DNA of 32,134 nt from contig DATBXZ010000139.1 of NCBI GenBank assembly GCA_036513995.1, forward strand, positions 1 through 32,134, in the 5' to 3' direction. The notes below the pieces were generated by a model. The model saw nothing but the letters and a program-made list of their open reading frames with translations. It was not told the origin of the DNA and did not search any database. Below are positions 1 through 6,247 of the stretch, piece after piece (positions within the stretch are counted from its first letter, which is position 1; every line of letters starts with the position of its first letter). The stretch comes from Solirubrobacterales bacterium. Its GTDB lineage: Bacteria; Actinomycetota; Thermoleophilia; Solirubrobacterales; 70-9. Both the position numbers and the translations under genes were made by a program.

Positions 1-1467
1 CCGCCGCTGATGGCGCCGGTCCCGGGATCGCGGGCGACGGCCTGTACACCGCCGAAGAAGAGGTTGATCTCGGGCCGGCGGGCGACCGCGAGGCCGCGGG
101 CCTCGAGCCGGGCCAGCGCCGCCTCGTCGATCCCCGGCTCCGCCTGGACGACGCCATGCTCGAAGTGCAGGCGTGGTGCCTCGATCGCCGCCGCCACCGG
201 CAGTTCCTGCTCGACCGTGCGGACGACGGTCTGCAGGATCGCCGAGCGGATCCGGTTGGAGCCGGCGCTGCCGACCCCGAGCACGATCTCGCCGTCGCGC
301 AGGACCATGGTCGGAGCCATCATCGACGGCACCCGGCGGCCAGGCAGGATGCTGTGGAAGCCGAGCGGGTTGAGATCCTCCTCGCCCAGCATGTTGTTGA
401 GGATCACCCCCGTGCCCGGGACCAGCACGCCGGAGCCGGAGCCGTTGGAGCAGGTGACGCCGGCGCACATGCCCTCGCCATCGAGGACCGAGATGTGAGT
501 AGTCGAGCCGAGCAGGTCGCCGGCGGCGAGGTCGAGCCCGGCCGGCTCGAGGAAGCCGGCCTCCATCCCCTCCTCGTAGAGCGCTTCGGCGAACTCGATG
601 CCGCGGCGGCGGTTGGCCGCGTCCATCGCCGCGACCAGCTGCTCGGGGCCGCTCTCGGCGCCAAGCCGCTCGAGCAGGCCGAGGCAGTAGGCGACGAGGA
701 TCCCACCCGAGGACGGGGGCGGGTTGGTCAGCACCTCGGCGCCGCGGAACGGGGCGCGGATCGGCTTGCGCTCGATCGCCTCGTAGGCGGCGAAGTCGCC
801 GCGGCCGAGGGTGCCGCCGTTGGCGACCACGAAGTCGCTCAACGCCGCCGCCACCTCACCACGGCAGAACGGCTCCGCCCCTTCGGCGCCGAACCGTTCC
901 AGCGCCTCGGCCAGCTCGCCGAAGCGGAACTCCTCGCCCTCGCGCAGCGTCCTGCCATGCGGCGCGTACAGCTCCCGCGTGCCCTCGAGCCGGTCGTGGA
1001 TCGGGCCGAGGATGTCGAGGATGTAGGCCTGCTCGGCGTTGACCGGCGCCCCCTCCCGGGCCAGGCGGATACCGGGGCCGACGAGGTCGGCGAGCGGCGC
1101 CGAGCCGAAGCGCTCCAGCGCCCGCACCAGGCCGGCGGCGGTTCCCGGCACACCACAGGAGGCCGGGCCGACGTAGAACGTCTGCACCGTCTCGGCGTCG
1201 AAGTGGACCGGCACCGGCGCCAGCTCGGTTCGCCGCGCGATTCCGTCGAGACCGGGCGCCGCCACGAAGAAATCGATCAGCGCCGTCTCCCCGCCACGGT
1301 GGACCATCATGTAGCCGCCGGCGCCGAAGCCGGTCAGCGGACTCTCGACGGCGAAGGAGGCCAGCACCGCGCAGACCGCGGCGTCGACCGCGTTGCCGCC
1401 CTCGCGCAGGACCCCGGCACCGGCCTCGGCCGTGAGCGGGTGGCCGGCGGCGACGACCCCTTTCATC
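1..1467 (-). CDS. ggt: gamma-glutamyltransferase family protein, first 489 codons (3' end lies beyond window start)
   Basis: Missing from the ORF track because it has no stop codon in the window. Reading the reverse complement from ATG (1467..1465) stays open to position 1: MKGVVAAGHPLTAEAGAGVLREGGNAVDAAV... GGT hallmarks seen by eye: nucleophile/autoprocessing motif LLGSTTHISVLD, GSGSGVLVPGTGVILNNMLGEED, GRRVPSMMAPTMV, GSAGSNRIRSAI. GC3 is high in this frame. Confidence 0.85.
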
Positions 1468-1481
1468 GGGCGCAGCTCGTG

Positions 1482-2963
1482 CTAGCCGGGGAGGAACTCA
1501 GGGACGTCGATGCCGAGCTCACCGGAGCGCTCGGGCGGGCGGCCGCGACCGCTTTCCTTGGTGCGGCGGATGGTCGGCTCGGTGGCGCGGCGCGGCGCGC
1601 TCGGGCGACCGTCGAAGCGGGTGGCGACGACGGTGACCCAGATCTGGTCGGAGAGCTCGTCGTCGACGTTGGCGCCGAAGATGATGTTGGCGTCGGGGTG
1701 GGCGGCCTCGCCGACCACCTTGGCCGCCTCGCTGACCTCGACCAGCGAGAGGTCGGAGCCACCGGTGATCGAGAGCAGGATCGAGCGGGCGCCCTCCATC
1801 GAGGTCTCCAGCAGCGGCGAGGAGATCGCTTTCTCGGCGGCGAGGATGGCGCGCTCGTTGCCGTGCGCCATGCCGATCCCGAGCAGGGCCCGGCCGGCGT
1901 CAGACATGATCGTCCGCACGTCGGCGAAGTCGAGGTTGATCACGGCCGGCAGAGTCACCAGGTCGGAGATGCCCTGGACGCCCTGGCGCAGCACGTCGTC
2001 GGCGACCTGGAAGGCCTCGACCATCGAGGTCTGCTGGTCGAGCACCTCGAGCAGGCGGTCGTTGGGGACGACGATCAGGGTGTCGACCTCGGCGGCCAGC
2101 TCCTCGATGCCTTTCGCGGCCTGCGAGCCGCGCTTGTTGCCCTCGAAGGTGAAAGGCTTGGTGACGATGCCGACGGTCAGCGCGCCGACCTCGCGGGCGA
2201 GGCGGGCAATTACTGGGGCGGCCCCGGTACCTGTTCCGCCGCCCGCGCCGGCGGCGACGAAGACCATGTCGGAGCCCTTGAGCAGGCGCTTGATCTTGTC
2301 CTGCTCCTCGAAGGCGGAGCGGTGGCCGACCTCGGGGTCGGCGCCGGCGCCGAGGCCGCGGGTCTGCTCGTCGCCGATGTGGACGGTGACGTCGGCGACG
2401 CAGAGCTGCAGCGACTGAAGATCGGTGTTGACGGCCATGAACTCGACCCCGGGGATGCGGGCGTCGACCATGCGGTTGACCGCGTTGACGCCGGCACCGC
2501 CGACGCCGACGACTTTGATCACCGGCTGGTGCGGCTCGCCGCTGCCGGGCGGCTCGTAAGCCGGCTCTTCGCGCCCGTAACGCGGGTTGCTCACGGAGGG
2601 TTCCTCGCGGCGCTCGTAGCGCGGCTTCGGTTCCTCGGAGAAGACCCTCTTCAACCGCTCCGGCGGAGTCTCGGCAGGGGGATCTTCAGCTATAGGACCT
2701 TCGGAATCTTGGTCGTACAGAGGCGCCTCTGGCGTGGATGGGCGCTCCTCGCCCGCAGCCTGCGAGGACGAGGAGTGCTCGTCCGCGACAGGACCCGCGG
2801 CCTGAGGCTCCTGTGCCTCGGCCTCCTTCTTGGCCTCGGCGGGATCCTGGCGGCCGTACCTGGGCGCCTCGGGCGGATCGGCGGGAGCGTCCTCCGAAGT
2901 CGAGCGGAAGAGGTCGGAGAGGGGACCCTCGCGCATGCTTGCGCGCTTATTGCGTCGAGCCAT
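1482..2963 (-). CDS. ftsZ: cell division GTPase FtsZ with an N-terminal extension of about 147 aa
   Basis: Tubulin signature GGGTGTGAAPVIA, VIKVVGVGGAGVNAVNRM, T7-loop INLDFADVRTIM, and C-terminal peptide GIDVPEFLPG. Start chosen at ATG 2963..2961 (MARRNKRASMREGP...) because GAAGGAGG lies 9 nt upstream. The track ORF extends to 3041 but has no RBS there and would overlap the upstream gene by 95 nt. Confidence 0.93.
   Translation of the reverse strand: MARRNKRASMREGPLSDLFRSTSEDAPADPPEAPRYGRQDPAEAKKEAEAQEPQAAGPVADEHSSSSQAAGEERPSTPEAPLYDQDSEGPIAEDPPAETPPERLKRVFSEEPKPRYERREEPSVSNPRYGREEPAYEPPGSGEPHQPVIKVVGVGGAGVNAVNRMVDARIPGVEFMAVNTDLQSLQLCVADVTVHIGDEQTRGLGAGADPEVGHRSAFEEQDKIKRLLKGSDMVFVAAGAGGGTGTGAAPVIARLAREVGALTVGIVTKPFTFEGNKRGSQAAKGIEELAAEVDTLIVVPNDRLLEVLDQQTSMVEAFQVADDVLRQGVQGISDLVTLPAVINLDFADVRTIMSDAGRALLGIGMAHGNERAILAAEKAISSPLLETSMEGARSILLSITGGSDLSLVEVSEAAKVVGEAAHPDANIIFGANVDDELSDQIWVTVVATRFDGRPSAPRRATEPTIRRTKESGRGRPPERSGELGIDVPEFLPG
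2731..2790 (-). repeat. copy A of a 60-nt direct repeat (inside the ftsZ N-terminal extension)
   Basis: ggcgtggatgggcgctcctcgcccgcagcctgcgaggacgaggagtgctcgtccgcgaca matches 3905..3964 at 55/60 positions by hand alignment, in the same orientation. It encodes ADEHSSSSQAAGEERPSTPEA. Confidence 0.9.
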
Positions 2964-4110
2964 TCGCCAGAACCTCCTTCGCCAACTCCCGGTAGTAGTT
3001 CGCGGCGCTGCTGCCGGAATCGTACTTGAGGACGCTGGCACCCTTGACGGGGGCCTCGGCGAATTTGATCGCCTTGCGGATCCGGGACTTGAAGACGAGG
3101 TCGCCGAAGTTCTCTTCGAGGATTTCCACCGCCTCCTTGGCGTGGACGGTCCGCGTGTCCAGCATCGTCGGCAGGATGCCCTCGATCTTGACGTCGGGGT
3201 TGAGGTTCTCCTGGATCATCTTCAGCGTGTTCTGGAGCTGGACCAGCCCGCGCATCGAGAGATACTCGCACTGCACGGGGACGATCACTTTGTTCGACAC
3301 GGTGAGCGCGTTGATCGTCAGCAGGCCGAGGCTGGGCGGGGTGTCGATGCAGATGAAGTCGTACTCGCCGTCGACCTCTTTCAGCCCCTTCTCGAGCGAG
3401 CGCTCGCGGCCGATCTTGGTGCTCATCGCGATCTCGGCGCCGGCCAGGTCGATCGAGGCGACGGCGATGTCGATCTCGCGCTTGACGATGATCTCGCTGA
3501 TCGGCATGTCGTTGACGAGCACGTCGTAGAGGCTCTTTTCGACCTTGTCCGGATCGATTCCCTGGCTCATCGTCAGGTTGCCCTGCGGGTCGAGGTCGAT
3601 GCAGAGCACGCGGTAGCCGGACTCGGCGAAGGCGACGGCGAGGTTGAGTGTCGTGGTGGTCTTGGCCACCCCGCCCTTCTGGTTGGCGAAGGCGATCACG
3701 TCGGCGTGCTTGACCGGCAGCTCCGGCTCGGCGTGCAGCTCACGCGCGGCGTCCAACCTGCTCGGCGCGATCAAGTCCCTGGGCAGCATCCGCGCCGGCT
3801 CCTCGGGCTCGGCCTTGACCACGGGCGGTGCCGGCGCAGGGGCCGTGGCAACCTGCTCAACCGAAGCGGCCGGTCCCGAATCCTCTGGCCTCCCTCCCGC
3901 GGGTGGCGCGGATGGGTGCTCCTCGCCCGCAGCCGGCGAGGACGAGGAGTACTCGTCCGCGCCACCCGCGGGCCGGGGGCTCGATCCCTGAGATTCGGCG
4001 ACAGCCCGCTCGGGCACCGCTTCCTCCATGCGCTGGAGCTCTTCGACGATCGGGTGCTGCTCGTCGACCTGGATAGGGGCTGGCTTCGGCTTGCGGCTTA
4101 GAAATCCCAT
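2947..4110 (-). CDS. orphan ParA/Soj/MinD-family P-loop ATPase with a disordered N-terminal extension of about 135 aa
   Basis: Deviant Walker A FANQKGGVAKTTTTLNLA, then RVLCIDLDPQGNLT, DFICIDTPPSLGLLTINAL, VIVPVQCEYLSMRGL. The start is uncertain: ATG 4110 gives 387 aa, in-frame ATG 4029 gives 360 aa, and ATG 3789 gives 280 aa. High GC3 from about codon 13 onward, plus a peptide cassette shared with FtsZ, argue that most of the extension is translated. Confidence 0.85.
   Translation of the reverse strand: MGFLSRKPKPAPIQVDEQHPIVEELQRMEEAVPERAVAESQGSSPRPAGGADEYSSSSPAAGEEHPSAPPAGGRPEDSGPAASVEQVATAPAPAPPVVKAEPEEPARMLPRDLIAPSRLDAARELHAEPELPVKHADVIAFANQKGGVAKTTTTLNLAVAFAESGYRVLCIDLDPQGNLTMSQGIDPDKVEKSLYDVLVNDMPISEIIVKREIDIAVASIDLAGAEIAMSTKIGRERSLEKGLKEVDGEYDFICIDTPPSLGLLTINALTVSNKVIVPVQCEYLSMRGLVQLQNTLKMIQENLNPDVKIEGILPTMLDTRTVHAKEAVEILEENFGDLVFKSRIRKAIKFAEAPVKGASVLKYDSGSSAANYYRELAKEVLANGSTQ
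2973..2980 (-). promoter_or_regulatory. Shine-Dalgarno (GAAGGAGG) for ftsZ, embedded in the last codons of the upstream parA-like gene
   Basis: Minus-strand sequence reads ...GCGAAGGAGGTTCTGGCGAATGGCTCGACGCAATAA... The ATG of ftsZ sits 9 nt after GGAGG. The TAA stop of the parA-like gene (2949..2947) lies 14-17 nt inside ftsZ. Confidence 0.75.
3905..3964 (-). repeat. copy B of the 60-nt direct repeat (inside the parA-like N-terminal extension)
   Basis: ggcgcggatgggtgctcctcgcccgcagccggcgaggacgaggagtactcgtccgcgcca. It encodes ADEYSSSSPAAGEEHPSAPPA, which matches the FtsZ copy at 16/21 aa. The offset of 1174 nt equals the frame offset between the two genes, so both copies are read in the same relative frame. 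Confidence 0.9.
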
Positions 4111-4173
4111 TGCGCCGATATTCGTATGGGGGGCCGCTTTTCCTGCCGGCCTTCGAAATTGCTAGGAATTGCC
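4095..4173. promoter_or_regulatory. AT-enriched island at the parA-like / arsA-like divergent junction (probable divergent promoter region)
   Basis: About 46% A+T over 79 nt (hand count) against a background of about 30%. Sequence: ggcttagaaatcccattgcgccgatattcgtatgggg...gaaattgctaggaattgcc. The longest ORFs on the two strands both begin at nucleotide 4110, which leaves no intergenic space. Confidence 0.35.
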
Positions 4174-5096
4174 CGATCCCCGAGCTTCTCGACAAGCGAC
4201 TGGTCATCGTCACCGGCAAGGGTGGCGTCGGCAAGACGACGGTCGCCGTGGCGCTCGGGATGCGCGCCGCCGCCGAAGGCAAGCGGACGATCGTCTGCGA
4301 GGTCTCCGCCCAGGACAACGCCTCGCGGATGTTCGACCACACCGAGGTCGGCTTCCACGAGGTGGAGATGGAGGAGAACCTCTGGTCGATCTCGATCGAC
4401 CCCGACGAGTCGATGCGCGAGTACGTGCTGCTGCAGCTGAAGGTGCGGGCGATGCGCGACATGCTCTTCCGCAGCCGCATCTTCAACTACCTCGCCGCCG
4501 CCACTCCCGGGCTCAAGGAGCTGGTCACGATCGGCAAGATCTGGGAGCTGGCCCAGCTCGACCGCAAGGTGAAGAAGGGGCGCAAGTACGACCTGGTGAT
4601 CGTCGACGCGCCCGCCACCGGCCACGGCGTCGGCTTTCTGCAGACGCCGCGCACCTTCGCCAGCATCGCCCGGGTCGGTCCGATCCACTCGCAGGCGCAG
4701 ACCCTCGACCGCTTCATCACCGACCACGAGCACACCGGCGTCGCGATCGTGGCGCTGCCGGAGGAGATGCCGGTCAACGAGTCGGCGGCGTTGGAGACGG
4801 ACCTGCGCGACGAGGTCGGCGTCGCCGTCGACCGCGTCTACCTCAACGGCCTCTACCCCGAGCGCTTCTCCAAACCCGAGGCCGAGCGGCTGGCGGGCCT
4901 GGCCGAGGGCGAGGAGGGCGCGGTGCGGGCAGCCGCGCGGGCGGCGCTCTCCGAGCAGGGGCGGGCCCGCTCCCAGCGCGCCCAGCTGGCTCGCCTGCGG
5001 CGCCGGGTCGAGGCGCCGGTCAAGTCCCTCCCCTTCCTCTTCGAGCCCGACCTCGGACCCGAGGCGGCGCGGCAACTCTCCAGGAAGCTCTCCTGA
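4110..5096 (+). CDS. ArsA/Get3-like P-loop ATPase (first of a pair)
   Basis: LVIVTGKGGVGKTTVAVALG P-loop and the ArsA-type switch II signature VIVDAPATGHGVGFLQ. The only canonical in-frame start before the P-loop is TTG 4110. The first 20 codons or so have poor GC3, so the true start is unresolved. The stop overlaps the next start (TGATG at 5094..5098). Confidence 0.8.
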   Translation: MRRYSYGGPLFLPAFEIARNCPIPELLDKRLVIVTGKGGVGKTTVAVALGMRAAAEGKRTIVCEVSAQDNASRMFDHTEVGFHEVEMEENLWSISIDPDESMREYVLLQLKVRAMRDMLFRSRIFNYLAAATPGLKELVTIGKIWELAQLDRKVKKGRKYDLVIVDAPATGHGVGFLQTPRTFASIARVGPIHSQAQTLDRFITDHEHTGVAIVALPEEMPVNESAALETDLRDEVGVAVDRVYLNGLYPERFSKPEAERLAGLAEGEEGAVRAAARAALSEQGRARSQRAQLARLRRRVEAPVKSLPFLFEPDLGPEAARQLSRKLS

Positions 5097-6247
5097 TGCC
5101 CACGCTCGGCGACGTCCTCGACGGCAAGGAGATCTGCATCTGCGCCGGGTCGGGCGGGGTCGGCAAGACGACCACCTCGGCGGCAATCGCGACCGGGATG
5201 GCGGCCCAGGGGCTGAAGGTCTGCGTGCTGACGATCGACCCGGCCAAGCGGCTCGCCGACTCGCTCGGGCTGAAGGAGCTGGGCAACGAGGCGCGCCGGG
5301 TCGACCCGAAGCTGTTCGAGAAGCAGGGCGTGGAGATGAAGGGCGAGCTGTGGGCGATGATGCTCGACGCCAAGGCGACCTTCGACGAGCTGGTCGCGCG
5401 CCAGGCGCCGGACGAGGAGGCGCGCGACCGCGTCCTCGAAAACCGCATCTACCAGCAGATCTCCAGCGCCCTCGCCGGCTCCCAGGAGTACATGGCGATG
5501 GAGAAGCTGTTCGAGCTGCACACCGAGGGCGGGTTCGACCTGCTCGTCCTCGACACGCCGCCGACCCGCAACGCGCTCGACTTCCTCGACGCGCCGAAAC
5601 GGCTAACCCAGTTCATCGAGGGCAGATCGCTGCGGATGTTCATGAAGCCGACCGGGCTGGCGGCGAAGGTCGCCGGCCGCGGCGCCTCGGTCGCGCTGGG
5701 GATCTTCAAACGGATCGTCGGCTTCGACCTGCTGGCCGACCTGGCCGAGTTCTTCAACGCCTTCAGCGGCATGGTCGACGGCTTCCAGGCCCGGGCGAAA
5801 CGGGTGAACAAGCTGCTCGCCGACCCCGGCACCTGCTTCCTGGTCGTCTGCGGCCCCCAGGGCGAGCCGGTCGACGAGGCCGTCTACTTCCACCGCAAAC
5901 TGATCGAGGCGAAACTGCCCTTCGGCGGCGTCATCGTCAACAAGGTCCACTACCCGTCGGAGGAGCTGGCCGGCGAGCCGGCCGACCTGCCGGCGACCCT
6001 TACCGAGAAGCTCGGCGACGAGGACCTGGCGCAGCGGGTGGCGGCGAACTTCTCCGACTACCAGGCCCTGGCCGAGCGCGACGCCCGCAACATCGAGCGC
6101 CTGGCGACCGAGCTGCGCACCCGTGGCGTGATCCGGGTCCCCTACCTAGACGAGGACGTCCACGACCTCGCCGGCCTGGCCGAGATCAACCGCTACCTGT
6201 TCGCGACCGGCGAGGAGCGGGTGGCGATGGCGGCGGGCCGGGCCTAG
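5096..6247 (+). CDS. ArsA/Get3-like P-loop ATPase (second of the pair, divergent switch II)
   Basis: MPTLGDVLDGKEICICAGSGGVGKTTTSAAIATG, TIDPAKRLADSLG, LLVLDTPPTRNALDFLDAP. ATG 5096 overlaps the upstream stop. The first 309 codons of the 692-aa track ORF (4169..6247) are a shadow frame over the first ATPase. Confidence 0.85.
   Translation: MPTLGDVLDGKEICICAGSGGVGKTTTSAAIATGMAAQGLKVCVLTIDPAKRLADSLGLKELGNEARRVDPKLFEKQGVEMKGELWAMMLDAKATFDELVARQAPDEEARDRVLENRIYQQISSALAGSQEYMAMEKLFELHTEGGFDLLVLDTPPTRNALDFLDAPKRLTQFIEGRSLRMFMKPTGLAAKVAGRGASVALGIFKRIVGFDLLADLAEFFNAFSGMVDGFQARAKRVNKLLADPGTCFLVVCGPQGEPVDEAVYFHRKLIEAKLPFGGVIVNKVHYPSEELAGEPADLPATLTEKLGDEDLAQRVAANFSDYQALAERDARNIERLATELRTRGVIRVPYLDEDVHDLAGLAEINRYLFATGEERVAMAAGRA

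Noticed and set aside
156-3029. 957-aa plus-strand ORF spanning ggt and ftsZ. Similar long ORFs: 2830..4101(+), 4098..5186(-), 6146..7606(-), 6982..8022(+), 20096..21364(+), 21480..23183(+), 23884..24906(+), 25108..26106(+), 26298..27125(-), 27100..28089(-), 29309..31273(-).
   Set aside because: All lie antisense to, or out of frame with, genes carrying unmistakable family motifs. Their translations are Arg/Gly/Asp/His/Pro-rich with no motifs, which is typical of stop-poor shadow frames in DNA of about 70% GC.
4169-5095. First 309 codons of the 692-aa ORF 4169..6247.
   Set aside because: It is an Arg/Gly/Pro-rich alternative frame over the first ArsA-like gene. The real second ATPase starts at ATG 5096, which overlaps the upstream stop.
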